A stretch of 58,393 bases of DNA from a virus (taxonomy: Duplodnaviria > Caudoviricetes). Of this stretch, positions 27,312-36,610 are shown piece after piece. The stretch is taken from positions 1 to 58,393 of IMG/VR virus record IMGVR_UViG_3300036770_008714, one strand, 5' to 3'. Numbering within the stretch: the first letter of the stretch is position 1; each line of letters starts with the position of its first letter. The translations under genes were made by a program, and so were the position numbers. The notes beneath the pieces were generated by a model that had not been told where the DNA came from, ran no database searches, and saw nothing but the letters and a program-made list of their open reading frames with translations.

Positions 27312-29399
27312 TCAAACGATCACGCCATCGGCTTCTGGCGTCTCAATCCCGGCCTGAAACCCAATGTCAGGGCTGGCCGGTGTGGTTGGGTCTGTGTTCG
27401 AAGGGAATGGGTCAACAGGCGGCGCGGCCATGGCGGCTTCAGCCAGTTGCGGCACGATGGTCCCGCCGTTCTGATCCTTGAATCCCACGGATGCGGCCAA
27501 CTCGTCGGCCAGCGGCGCGGTCTGCGGGATGGTGGCCAGCACCTGGGCGGTCTGGGCGGCGCTGTAAAGCGTTTCCATGTCCGTGTTCGTGGCGTCGGAG
27601 TCGGCCTTGCGTGCCTGGGCCATGGTGAGCTGGGCGCGCGCTTCAGCTTCTGGGTCAGGCGGCGGGGCACCGGCTCCGGCCATCTGCTCCATGAGTTCGT
27701 GCTTGTCCGTCAGGTTGGAGTAGCGCAGCGCTGCCGTTGGTGGCAGCTGCACTCCAGCCTTCATCAGTTCGATGACCTGCTGGAACTGGCTGTTCTCAAA
27801 CGTCACCTGCATCGGCTGCTCGGTGATGACCACGTCGTATTCGCCCACCGTGACGTCGTACAGGTAAGAACCAGTTTCCGGGTCGAACTTGTTGATCTCC
27901 AGAATCTCTTCCTTCGGCTTGCCGGTCTTGGGGTCTGTCTCGGTGATGCGAAAGACGCGGTAGCTGTCGTAGTAGCGCTGGATCAGCTTCAGGATGCGGG
28001 CAGCCAATAGCTGGCGGGTGTATGCCAGGTTGTCCAATGGGACGGCCAACTGCTGCTGGCTTGCGAACTGCTTGGCCTGGATGGCTACGCCGCTGCTCTC
28101 GGGCCCTTGCTGGCCGCGCATTGCCTCGGGCACCGTCACGTCTTTGAGGGCCTTGGTCGCGCGGTCGATCAGCTTGTCAACGCCAGTCGGGATCTGGTTG
28201 GGCAGGATCTTCTCGGGTTTCGCGGTCCCCTTCTGGAACTCGATCACCAACCCTGTCTTGGCGCCCAATTCCTCAAGATCCTCGACGGTCATGTTTGTGA
28301 GGCTGTTTTCCTCCACGATCCAGCCGCTGTTGGCGCTGGTGTTGATGATGTGGATGTATTGGCTGACGGCCTTGTTCAGGGCCTCTTGTGGGCCAATGGC
28401 GTCATCCACCATGCCACGGGTCATGCCGCGCCGAAAGTAGGCGAAGTAAGGGACGACCGTGAAGTGGTCGTAGGGGCTGTAGCCTTCGTGCAGAGTGGTG
28501 CTGAATGTGCTGACCACCCACTTGATGCGTCGGCGCATGCGCTTGGCCTTCACCGCGCCCTTGTTCAGAGCATCGGCTACCGATTCCTCGGACATGTTGG
28601 CCATGATGATGATGTCCCCGCTCTCGGGATACACCAGGCAATCGGTCTTTTCGAACACCGCGATCTGGCGGTCGATGACGCGATAGCGCTGCATCCCGTC
28701 GCCGCCCATGGTGAAGGCGTCGTATAGGCCGACATTGCGGTCGCTGCCGAACTTGTTGCGGCGGACTTCGTCGTCCGTCTCTCCGTAGTCCTGGCCTTCG
28801 TCGCCGGATGCCGCCGCCTTGTCGCGCGCCTCCTTGCCCCACAGCTGCTCGATCTCGTCCAGCGTCAGCCAGCGTGAAACCGTGACATCACCCCACTTGT
28901 CTGGGTCGTAGCTCTTGGCGTCTGGGTCTGGGATGACGTCGCGCGGGTCCAGCCCAAAGATCGTGACATCGCCTTTCATGTTGCGGTCGAAGTCCATGCG
29001 GATGTCGTAGTAGCCGCGCTGCTCGATCAGGCCGTCGCTGTACACCTGCGTCTCCAGCCAGTGCAGCTTTGTGCTGTCGGCGATCTGCATAGCCACCTTG
29101 GACAAGATCGTTGCCGTGTTCAGGTCGCCTTGTTCACCGCGCGGTTTGAACGCGATGTCCATGCGGTTCTGGATCTGGTAGCCGATGGCGCTGTTCACGC
29201 TTGGCTTGACCTCGTTGAACTCGTAGAACGGCCGCCCCTGGGAACGCAGGATGTCCTTGTCCACATCGCTCCACTGCAGCCCGCCACCCATGTACATGCG
29301 CTGGCAGAGTTCCGCCTGCTCGGTGTACTCGATGTGCCCACGGTCCTTGCCGTACTGGTAGCGAGCCCAGTTTTCGCGCGCGCTTTGGTCGTTTGCCAT
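27312..29399 (-). CDS. Portal protein (P22-like)
   Basis: GLQWS...GRP...N.VKPSVNS..G, VIPDPDA, SGVAIQAKQ, DVTVGEYDVVI; between terminase and scaffold. Confidence 0.9.
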   Translation of the reverse strand: MANDQSARENWARYQYGKDRGHIEYTEQAELCQRMYMGGGLQWSDVDKDILRSQGRPFYEFNEVKPSVNSAIGYQIQNRMDIAFKPRGEQGDLNTATILSKVAMQIADSTKLHWLETQVYSDGLIEQRGYYDIRMDFDRNMKGDVTIFGLDPRDVIPDPDAKSYDPDKWGDVTVSRWLTLDEIEQLWGKEARDKAAASGDEGQDYGETDDEVRRNKFGSDRNVGLYDAFTMGGDGMQRYRVIDRQIAVFEKTDCLVYPESGDIIIMANMSEESVADALNKGAVKAKRMRRRIKWVVSTFSTTLHEGYSPYDHFTVVPYFAYFRRGMTRGMVDDAIGPQEALNKAVSQYIHIINTSANSGWIVEENSLTNMTVEDLEELGAKTGLVIEFQKGTAKPEKILPNQIPTGVDKLIDRATKALKDVTVPEAMRGQQGPESSGVAIQAKQFASQQQLAVPLDNLAYTRQLLAARILKLIQRYYDSYRVFRITETDPKTGKPKEEILEINKFDPETGSYLYDVTVGEYDVVITEQPMQVTFENSQFQQVIELMKAGVQLPPTAALRYSNLTDKHELMEQMAGAGAPPPDPEAEARAQLTMAQARKADSDATNTDMETLYSAAQTAQVLATIPQTAPLADELAASVGFKDQNGGTIVPQLAEAAMAAPPVDPFPSNTDPTTPASPDIGFQAGIETPEADGVIV

Positions 29400-29404
29400 G
29401 GTGT

Positions 29405-30805
29405 TCAAGCGGCCTGAGCCGATCCGTTCGATTTGTTCTTGATGCCGAGGCGGTCGCGCCAGCTCTTTGGCTTGGTGCCGGGCATGTAGATTTCGCGGAA
29501 GCCCTGTGCGAACTGCCGGAAAGCGTCTGCCCCGTTGGAGGCCCAGTCGTGCAACGGCTCCTGCTTGTAGTCGCCAAGCTTCTCGTCCCACTCGCGGCGG
29601 TAGGCCTCCATGGCCGCCACACCGTCTGCGCACTTGTCCTCATCGAAATAGCAGGCAGGCAGCACGGCCCGGGTCTGGTTGATCGAAGACACGAGGTTTT
29701 CTGTGCGTGGAACAACGGTAAATCTGTGCCCAGGCAACAAGTCCTGCAGCAGCATTCGGACGCTTTTCCCGCCAGATGCGAGTGTCTTGTTCTCAGCGTC
29801 GTGCGGCAGATAGTGCTGGGCGTAGGTGTATGGGCGACCTTGCAGCTCCTGCGCAAAAAAGCCCAAGTCTTTGCCGCTGCACTCGATGTAGTCGATGAAT
29901 CGGTGCTCCATGCCAACCCGCTGGTGAAACCAGATTGCTGTGGTGTCGTTCCAACCCAAATCCCAAAAGGTATTGACTGGCGCACCAGCAAGTAATGGGA
30001 TCTTGAGAACTCGCCCAGCAAGGCGGGCGGCCTCCATCTGCTCGGCGTAGTACGCCCCTTTGATGTTTGGCGTCTCCCACCGGCCCATCAGCAATGCACG
30101 TTGCTCTTCCGCCGACAGCAGCAGTAGGGTCTGGCGGTAGCCGCTATCAGCCAGGTGAGGGTTGTCGCTCAGACGGGCAGAAATGAACCTGCGCCCGTGT
30201 TCGTGTTCTTCGCCGGTTTCCGGGTCTTTAACGGCCACCTTGAAGCGAGTGGATGTGCCTTCGGTCGGGATGCGCCAGTATTCCTTGACCCAGCGGAAGC
30301 CTGGGCCATCCGGATTGGTGGTCGCGCGCACATAGCAGGTGATGGCTGGGTCTTTCGAGCGCAGCCGCGACAGCATGTACCGATAAGGCACATCGGTCGG
30401 GAACAGCGTCAACTCGTCCCAGCCTATGTACTGGAAGGCGCGCCCACGGTATTTGAAGCGGTCGCTGTCGTACTGCATGTGCCCGAACTCGACGCGCGCC
30501 CCGCTTGGGAAGGTCCAGATGTGGCTGGTCTTGTCGTATTCGCCACCAAACGCAGGGTAAAGGTCCTGCGAGCGGTCTATCAGGTCGCGCAAGTCTGGGA
30601 AGGTGCGCCGGAAAATGATGGCTTGATAGTTTCGGTTCTCTATGGCTTTCTGCTGCAAGCCAAGCGCATCGATCAGCAAGCAATCCGACTTGCCAGCGCC
30701 AGCCGCACCGCCGTACAAAACCTCAAGATCCACGGCCGAAAGAAGCATTGACTGCTTCGGCGCAGGCTTCCACAAAACATCGTCAGCAACAGGCGCGAGG
30801 ATCAC
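29405..30805 (-). CDS. terL: Terminase large subunit
   Basis: Walker A YGGAAGAGKS, Walker B IGWDE, ATTNP, nuclease WDLGWNDTT and HDWASNGADAFR. Confidence 0.95.
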   Translation of the reverse strand: MILAPVADDVLWKPAPKQSMLLSAVDLEVLYGGAAGAGKSDCLLIDALGLQQKAIENRNYQAIIFRRTFPDLRDLIDRSQDLYPAFGGEYDKTSHIWTFPSGARVEFGHMQYDSDRFKYRGRAFQYIGWDELTLFPTDVPYRYMLSRLRSKDPAITCYVRATTNPDGPGFRWVKEYWRIPTEGTSTRFKVAVKDPETGEEHEHGRRFISARLSDNPHLADSGYRQTLLLLSAEEQRALLMGRWETPNIKGAYYAEQMEAARLAGRVLKIPLLAGAPVNTFWDLGWNDTTAIWFHQRVGMEHRFIDYIECSGKDLGFFAQELQGRPYTYAQHYLPHDAENKTLASGGKSVRMLLQDLLPGHRFTVVPRTENLVSSINQTRAVLPACYFDEDKCADGVAAMEAYRREWDEKLGDYKQEPLHDWASNGADAFRQFAQGFREIYMPGTKPKSWRDRLGIKNKSNGSAQAA

Positions 30806-31428
30806 GATGGATCCTTCGCTGGAACAACCACCACGCGGACGTTTGGCTTGGTCTGCTCGTTGTCCTTCTCGTACATCCCCAGGATCTTGGAAGCCTGATC
30901 CAACGCCACGTTCTTGTTGGCGATCTTGTATTTTTTGACGTGTCCGACCAACACACGGTCTTCACCATGGCCCACCCACTCTTCCAGCACATCCAGGCCA
31001 ACGATGCACGCGGCGGTGTCGTCGTCCAATTCCGTGATGGCCAGCGGAGTGCCGTCCTGCGCAAACATCTTGCGGGCATCAAAGAAGGCGATTCGGGCGA
31101 TCTCCCGTTGCACGCGCTCCTTGGTCAGCTCCATGGCAGCTAAGCGTTCATCCTGGCTCGCGGCAATGACCGACTGCTTTTGCTCCAACAAGGAAGCAAT
31201 TTGAGGTTTTCGGAGGTTTTCCGCCCCTATCTTGTAGGCTGTCTTTGCGCTGTAACCCGCAGCCAGAGCGGCTTGCGTGGCATTCCCGGAGATTAGGTAT
31301 TCCGCTACAAACTTTGCCTGCTTTGGCAGTAAACCATTCACGCGCGCTGCGCCTGCGCCCTTCTTTGTGGGGGTCGCGGAAGTAGTTTTGGTGGTTTTGG
31401 CAGCTTTCGCCACCCTTTGCTTCGCCAT
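30802..31428 (-). CDS. terS: Terminase small subunit
   Basis: KQAKFVAEYLISGNATQAALAAGYSAKTA...GAENLRKPQI. Confidence 0.93.
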   Translation of the reverse strand: MAKQRVAKAAKTTKTTSATPTKKGAGAARVNGLLPKQAKFVAEYLISGNATQAALAAGYSAKTAYKIGAENLRKPQIASLLEQKQSVIAASQDERLAAMELTKERVQREIARIAFFDARKMFAQDGTPLAITELDDDTAACIVGLDVLEEWVGHGEDRVLVGHVKKYKIANKNVALDQASKILGMYEKDNEQTKPNVRVVVVPAKDPS

Positions 31429-31477
31429 GGCCCGGAGTGTTCCGGGGTTGGTAACTTCACGCGAACCCTACTGGGGG
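31428..31477 (-). promoter_or_regulatory. Late promoter L7 (leaderless terS)
   Basis: Box 31464-31477, N22, AACACT, N7, ATG 31428; no SD. Confidence 0.85.
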
Positions 31478-31564
31478 TGGCGAAATCGTGCCGCAGAGTC
31501 TTTCGGGGAATTCTCAGGATCATCTGAGTGCTGGCGCCGTGCCAGTCTTCACAAAGTAACCCAA

Positions 31565-31795
31565 ATGCTCACCATCCTGCGCTCTATTGCTGAGGGCAAA
31601 ACCCAGTGGTCTCTGGAGGAACTTGCGGCAGATTCGACCATCCTCTCCCGGCTACAGGAAGCCCAGAGCTTGGTGCTTGTTCACGGCCTGCTGGTGGAGC
31701 CGATATGCAAGGGCCGATACATGCATGGCGTTCCGCTCGGAGCTAAGGTGTCCGGGCTTACCGAGCAAGGTGCGTTGCACGCCAGGAGTGATTGA
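31565..31795 (+). CDS. Counter-oriented small hypothetical protein (moron-like)
   Basis: ORF MLTILRSIAEG...GLTEQG; wHTH-like C-terminal end. Confidence 0.45.
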   Translation: MLTILRSIAEGKTQWSLEELAADSTILSRLQEAQSLVLVHGLLVEPICKGRYMHGVPLGAKVSGLTEQGALHARSD

Positions 31796-31866
31796 CTCCG
31801 GGCCCTTCCCCCGGATGGCTTGTGGGACTTTCACCCCATGTGGTGGCCGGTGGCGTGCCCGGTGTG

Positions 31867-32196
31867 TCAAGCGGTTGCCTGGTCCCAGGTTTCCGTCAGA
31901 CGGTCACGCTCTTGAATTCCGGCAATTATTCTCTTCTGGCGCGCTTCTGGCGTTTCGTTCCGCCCATCTTCTAGCGCGACAGTATTTTCACCGCCGAATT
32001 TATGCAGAGCGGCGCGAATTTTCGTTAGGCAGTCTGAAGCTGCTTCCAAGTGAGTTGGGCCTTTGCCAATCACTTCGAAGGAAACGCCAGCCACATGAAC
32101 CCGCATACTCACTCGGCACCGCCAGCAATTGCCACTTTGCCAAAGCATTGGTGCTCCATGCGCAGAAAGTGTGCTCAATGTGGTCTCAAGATTCAT
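31867..32196 (-). CDS. Hypothetical protein
   Basis: AGGAG SD before MNLETTL. Confidence 0.65.
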   Translation of the reverse strand: MNLETTLSTLSAHGAPMLWQSGNCWRCRVSMRVHVAGVSFEVIGKGPTHLEAASDCLTKIRAALHKFGGENTVALEDGRNETPEARQKRIIAGIQERDRLTETWDQATA

Positions 32197-32235
32197 ACGA
32201 TCTCTCCTGTGAATATTTGGCGATGGCAAGGAAAC

Positions 32236-32733
32236 TCACGACACCGCCTCCAGCAACGGCAGCTGCGCCGGGTTCGTGGCGATGACCGTGCGCAGGCCGT
32301 CCACCTGGCGCTGGAGCTTTCGGACCTGCTCCAGCAGCTGCAGAGTGTGGTGCGTGGCCTCAATGACAGCCGTCTGCGCGGATGCCCCGGCCGCGAACGG
32401 CGCCACCTGCAGCCGCCATTCGTGCGGGGTGAACTCCATCACGGTGTCGCCCTTCTCCAGCTTCACATGGCCGGTTGGCATCGCGATCAGGATTACCGAC
32501 TCACTGGGCTCATGCCGCAGGCTGGGTTTGTAGATCCCCCGGGCCGGTGAAAAAATGTCCCCGCGCTCCTTCAACTCCTTGATGCAGTCGTTCACCGTGA
32601 CCACCTTCAAGCCGGTGTGGCGGACCAGCGCGGACACGTTGATCTCCATCTCTTGATCGTTCAAGGCGTGCACAGCTTCCAGCACCTGCACGCGGCTGCT
32701 GCGCTTTTCACTGAGGTTCTTGTCGGTCATCAT
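32236..32733 (-). CDS. Winged-helix protein with C-terminal coiled coil; candidate late-gene activator
   Basis: VSALVRHTGLKVVTVNDCIKELKERGDI...RGIY; at the position where lambdoids carry Q. Confidence 0.65.
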   Translation of the reverse strand: MMTDKNLSEKRSSRVQVLEAVHALNDQEMEINVSALVRHTGLKVVTVNDCIKELKERGDIFSPARGIYKPSLRHEPSESVILIAMPTGHVKLEKGDTVMEFTPHEWRLQVAPFAAGASAQTAVIEATHHTLQLLEQVRKLQRQVDGLRTVIATNPAQLPLLEAVS

Positions 32734-32782
32734 CAATCTCCCGGTAAAATCTGATTTGCTCAGGACCAGAAAGTCCGGGATC

Positions 32783-32808
32783 GCCACCCTCGGGTGGCTT
32801 TCCTTTTT
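32783..32808 (+). terminator. Plus-strand intrinsic terminator, end of a putative antisense RNA
   Basis: GCCACC-CTCG-GGTGGC followed by TTTCCTTTTT. Confidence 0.55.
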
Positions 32809-32815
32809 CAGGGGC

Positions 32816-33292
32816 TCACCTCTCCACCTCTGCCATGTCGCGCACCTCTGGCGCCTTCGACTTGGTCCGCAGTGACGTCTTCTTGATCCAGCGGTCGTAC
32901 TCCGCACGGCTCACGCATTGCCTTTGCAAATCGTGGAACTGGTAAACATCGCGGAATGCTTGCAACCCCGGGCCGCTGGTTGCCATGCGCCGTGTTTTCT
33001 CAAAGCGCAGACCTGCAGCAATAAGCTCGCGCTCGGCCCGCTCGCAGGCCTCCAACGCCTCGGGGCCGATACCGCCGCGCGCCATGGTTTCGCAGATGTT
33101 GAGCATCCCGGTGATGTCCGCCCACTCCTGCAGCGTGGCGGACCCAGTACGGAAAGCCTCCACGGCGGCCAGTTCGCGGGCGCGAAGTTGGTTCAGCAGT
33201 GCCTCGGATGTGATGGCCGCACCCTCGATAGCGTGCGTGACGGCGTTGATGGATGTGCTCCACACCTTGCGCTTGCAGTGTTTTCTCGTCAT
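32816..33292 (-). CDS. Hypothetical phage protein
   Basis: 158-aa helical ORF coupled in the operon. Confidence 0.7.
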   Translation of the reverse strand: MTRKHCKRKVWSTSINAVTHAIEGAAITSEALLNQLRARELAAVEAFRTGSATLQEWADITGMLNICETMARGGIGPEALEACERAERELIAAGLRFEKTRRMATSGPGLQAFRDVYQFHDLQRQCVSRAEYDRWIKKTSLRTKSKAPEVRDMAEVER

Positions 33293-33627
33293 TGATGCGC
33301 TCCCAGAGCAAAGACGCTGTTCGGCTGTGTCTGCCGGGCGATGGCCACGGTCGTGACGGGCTCGGGCCTGGGCTTCTTTGGCTTGTCCGGTGGACGGGTG
33401 GTCACAAGAAACGCTTGCCAGCCAGGCTTTGTTGCAAAAACTGGCGGGTTCACGGTTCTGTCTGCCGTCACCAGTCCACGAAACGCACAGCGGCGCAGGT
33501 ATTTGCCCACTGTGTCGCGCTCTATGCCAGTGGCGGCAACCACCTGATCCCGGCTCATGGGGCCGTTGGCGTCCAGTGTGTTGAGGATCGCCTTGGTGTT
33601 TTCTCCAAGGTAGTGGCGGGTTGTCAT
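33289..33627 (-). CDS. Winged-helix DNA-binding protein
   Basis: ILNTL...GPMSRDQVVAATGIERDTVGKYLRR...GLV. Confidence 0.7.
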   Translation of the reverse strand: MTTRHYLGENTKAILNTLDANGPMSRDQVVAATGIERDTVGKYLRRCAFRGLVTADRTVNPPVFATKPGWQAFLVTTRPPDKPKKPRPEPVTTVAIARQTQPNSVFALGAHQ

Positions 33628-34094
33628 GGTTGTGCTCCTGCGTGTGGGAACGGGTATTTCTCGGGCCAGACGCCCATGGCGTGGATCTGGCGCTGCGTGT
33701 CGGCCACCCATGCGGCTTCGATCAGGCGGCGGGCTTCCTTGCTGAACAGAGCCCCACTATCAAAGTAGCTGTGGCATCCGCGCTGGCCCGGCCGGTCGGC
33801 ACAGAGGGGGAACGTCTGCAGGTCGCAGGCCTTGGTGCCCATGCCTTTGCCGGTGTTGCTGTGCGCGGCCTGACTGTGGCCCCAGATGCCGCAGTGCTTG
33901 CAAGGCAGCTGTGCCACGAGGCGCAGATAGGCCTTGCTGCGGATGGGCTCGGTCTTCGGCGCAGCCACGGGCGCGGCCACCACCGACTGCGGCGCGCGGA
34001 ATGCTCCTGGCGTCACGGTAGGCGTGGCACGCACGCGGTCTGGGTCGCGTGGCTCGCGGCAATGCACGCGGAGTTTGAATCCGGTGCGTTTCAT
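33624..34094 (-). CDS. DUF968 / Ref-like HNH-fold protein
   Basis: RSKAYLRLVAQLPCKHCG...AAH...GMGTKACD...PLC...CH. Confidence 0.75.
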   Translation of the reverse strand: MKRTGFKLRVHCREPRDPDRVRATPTVTPGAFRAPQSVVAAPVAAPKTEPIRSKAYLRLVAQLPCKHCGIWGHSQAAHSNTGKGMGTKACDLQTFPLCADRPGQRGCHSYFDSGALFSKEARRLIEAAWVADTQRQIHAMGVWPEKYPFPHAGAQP

Positions 34095-34489
34095 TGGCCG
34101 CCCCCTAGCAACGTCTCAAAATAGAAGACGACAGGCTTTGGCGACAGGCTGACCAACCCATATCGGACTGCACGACGGAAGGTGCTCACGTCACGGGCCA
34201 GCACCTCGTTGCTGCGCTCGATCATTCCGCGCCAGGATTCGAGGCTCATGCTGTGCTTGTCGATGTTGCAGGGCGGGCATGCCGGATTCATGTTCTCCAG
34301 CGTGTCGCGGTGCGGATAGTCCGGTCCGCGCGGCGGCGTTGTGAATCCTGCGCGCTTGAACCAGTCGTTGCGCACAATGGGCTCGATGTGGTCTGCGTGC
34401 CACTTGTCGCCCAGTGGCTGGCCGCAGTACGCGCACCGTCCGCCGAACTTCTCGCGCAACGCGGCGCGTTGTGGTTTTGTGAGCTTCAT
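34091..34489 (-). CDS. HNH endonuclease
   Basis: GGRCAYCG...HADHIEP...NMNPACPPCNIDK. Confidence 0.9.
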   Translation of the reverse strand: MKLTKPQRAALREKFGGRCAYCGQPLGDKWHADHIEPIVRNDWFKRAGFTTPPRGPDYPHRDTLENMNPACPPCNIDKHSMSLESWRGMIERSNEVLARDVSTFRRAVRYGLVSLSPKPVVFYFETLLGGGQ

Positions 34490-34959
34490 GACTGCAGCCC
34501 CCCGATGATTTCGCCCGTGTCCGGGTCAACGTCATTGATCCCCAGTGAAGTAGCAGACCAGATCACACCCTTGTCGCTGCCGAAGGCATGGCAAAGGTCG
34601 ATGACGGCGATCATTTCCTTGATCGTCATCTGGCTGGTGCTGCGTCCGCGCTGGATGCTGATGAATCCCGTGCCGTCCATGTTGGGGACCAAGTCCTGGC
34701 CGTCGAGGTGGCCGGTAATGAAGTCCTTCCAGCCCTCCTTGGTCAACTTCTTCCCAAACCACGTCACCTGCTTGGACAAGTCGGTGAGGCAGGACCACAT
34801 CACGCGGTTCTGCTTAGCGCTACGGGTTTCGGTACGAGCTTCCAGCAGCACACGGCGGCCGGAGAACAGCATTGCCTTGATCCAGCGCCATGCGTTTGGG
34901 AGGTCGGAGGCGGCCTGTGGGATGTTCGTCAGGCGGATTGAAATGCGGTCATCAGACAT
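34486..34959 (-). CDS. ninB: NinB-family recombination protein
   Basis: TRSAKQNR.MWSCLTDLSKQV...GRSTSQMTIKEM...AFG..KGVIW. Confidence 0.88.
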   Translation of the reverse strand: MSDDRISIRLTNIPQAASDLPNAWRWIKAMLFSGRRVLLEARTETRSAKQNRVMWSCLTDLSKQVTWFGKKLTKEGWKDFITGHLDGQDLVPNMDGTGFISIQRGRSTSQMTIKEMIAVIDLCHAFGSDKGVIWSATSLGINDVDPDTGEIIGGLQS

Positions 34960-35377
34960 TGCGCGCCCCTCTGTACGGCCACGCCACCATCGCCGCGTCC
35001 CTTGTGTGCTCATTGCTGGCGCCGGACCAGCCGGTGATCTCCGCGAACCGCGCCGCGTCAACCTTCGCGCCCTTGCTCTTGGGGCTGATGCCGTGGGCGG
35101 GAATGTCCAGCTTCGCGCAGATAGCCACGATCAGCTTGCACCACGCATCCACCTCGCCCACGTTGCGGGCCATCTTCAAAGCGGCCGGCCGGGACTTGAT
35201 CGAGGTCCAGGTGTAGGACTCCAGACGCGAATCCTCAAACACCACGCGGGCCGGGCGCGTGGCCTCGATGCACTCGGCAATGTCAATTGGGGCGACCGTG
35301 GCAAGGTTCATCAGCTTGCCGTTGATGTAGCTGGCAATGCCGGTGTGGGTGCCGGGGTCTATGCCTAGAATCAGCAT
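34952..35377 (-). CDS. RuvC-like Holliday junction resolvase
   Basis: ILGIDPG, VVFED, NEHTRDAA. Confidence 0.75.
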   Translation of the reverse strand: MLILGIDPGTHTGIASYINGKLMNLATVAPIDIAECIEATRPARVVFEDSRLESYTWTSIKSRPAALKMARNVGEVDAWCKLIVAICAKLDIPAHGISPKSKGAKVDAARFAEITGWSGASNEHTRDAAMVAWPYRGARNV

Positions 35378-35595
35378 GGCGTTCTCCACTGCAGCCATGC
35401 GCCGCGTAGATAGACGGCGCTGTATGCCAGCGAAAGAGCCAGCAGCCCCCATGCCGAAGACTGCAGCGCGAACGTGATCCAGAACGGCTGACCACAAAGC
35501 CCAACAATTGGAGCCCATCGGCGCGCGCGGGTGTTGTGGCCCATTGCCATGAACATCGCGGACAGGCCGAAGAAGGCGAGGGCAAACTGAATCAT
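35371..35595 (-). CDS. Small 3-TM membrane protein (PnuC-half-like)
   Basis: RWAPIVGLCGQPFW...WGLLALS...YLRG. Confidence 0.7.
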   Translation of the reverse strand: MIQFALAFFGLSAMFMAMGHNTRARRWAPIVGLCGQPFWITFALQSSAWGLLALSLAYSAVYLRGAWLQWRTPC

Positions 35596-35778
35596 TTAGC
35601 GCCCCCCCCACACGTGGCTCTTGCAAACCGGGCAGAGCACGTACCATTGCCCGTTTCCGTGCGGGTACAGGTCCCACAGCACCTCTGAGTGCTTAAATTC
35701 CAACTCGCTCTTGCATTGGTTGCAGGTCTCGCGGTGGATCTTGTCTTGCGGCAGTTCGCCGCGTTTGATGACTTTCAT
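35596..35778 (-). CDS. Small zinc-ribbon protein
   Basis: CNQC...CPVC. Confidence 0.7.
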   Translation of the reverse strand: MKVIKRGELPQDKIHRETCNQCKSELEFKHSEVLWDLYPHGNGQWYVLCPVCKSHVWGGR

Positions 35779-36116
35779 ACGGCCACCTCTTCGCGGCTGG
35801 GCACTGGGAGCCAGGACAGGCTCTCGTCTTGGGCGTCGTCGCCTGGGTCGCGGATAGGGCGAAGAATTGCATCTTCAATGACTCGCCGCTCGACGTTTAC
35901 GATTTGCCCATCAAGCAACCCCATTGCTGGCAAATTACCACCTCCAGCAGCACGGCACACCCAAGAGGCATAACCTGTAACGAATCTAAGTCCATCAATG
36001 CACTCAATGCCAGACGCAAACCTTTCAACAACCACAAACCGACCAGCAAGTCCAGGCGTTTGCACCCCGGAATTCACAACGTATGCAAGATCCCCAGGCT
36101 TACAGTTGAGCTTCAT
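35775..36116 (-). CDS. Hypothetical phage protein
   Basis: CKPGDLAYVV...LRPIRDP motif. Confidence 0.75.
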   Translation of the reverse strand: MKLNCKPGDLAYVVNSGVQTPGLAGRFVVVERFASGIECIDGLRFVTGYASWVCRAAGGGNLPAMGLLDGQIVNVERRVIEDAILRPIRDPGDDAQDESLSWLPVPSREEVAV

Positions 36117-36119
36117 GAT

Positions 36120-36374
36120 TCACCCCTTCCTTCCTTGCGGCTCCACCTGCCACTCGGCACGCTTTGCCATTGATCTGATTTCCGCCTCTGGCAAGCCAAG
36201 CGCCACGGCTTGCCCAAGTGCCGAACGACAGCGTTCCGCCTTCTGGCTCGGGCCAAGAGGCAATCGGCGTTGAATAAACTGGATTCGTCTCGCTGCACAG
36301 TGCAAGCACCCCTCTGCAAATAGGCGTGAGTGCTCGGGTGAAGTACGGGCGTCGTTGCAGGCTTCGCATGTCAC
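36120..36374 (-). CDS. Hypothetical Cys-rich protein
   Basis: CEAC...CLHC; coupled start. Confidence 0.65.
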   Translation of the reverse strand: MTCEACNDARTSPEHSRLFAEGCLHCAARRIQFIQRRLPLGPSQKAERCRSALGQAVALGLPEAEIRSMAKRAEWQVEPQGRKG

Positions 36375-36610
36375 AAGCCCTCCATCGCACAGCTACGGCG
36401 CGCGTCTTCACGGCTATTCACATGCGGACGCAGGGCGTCTGCGGTCTGGCTGACTTCCTCGTAGGTTCCAATCCCGATCACCAAGTAGTCGTTGGTGCTA
36501 TTCGTGAGGAAAAATGTGCGGCCCTTCTTCACGGTATCCATCAACATTTCAATGTGGAAACAGTTTGATTTCTTGCTCCAAAGGAGCGCGTAGGTTTCGG
36601 GCTGCATCAA
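36371..36610 (-). CDS. Hypothetical protein
   Basis: GAGGAGG SD; coupled to dnaB stop. Confidence 0.65.
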   Translation of the reverse strand: MMQPETYALLWSKKSNCFHIEMLMDTVKKGRTFFLTNSTNDYLVIGIGTYEEVSQTADALRPHVNSREDARRSCAMEGL

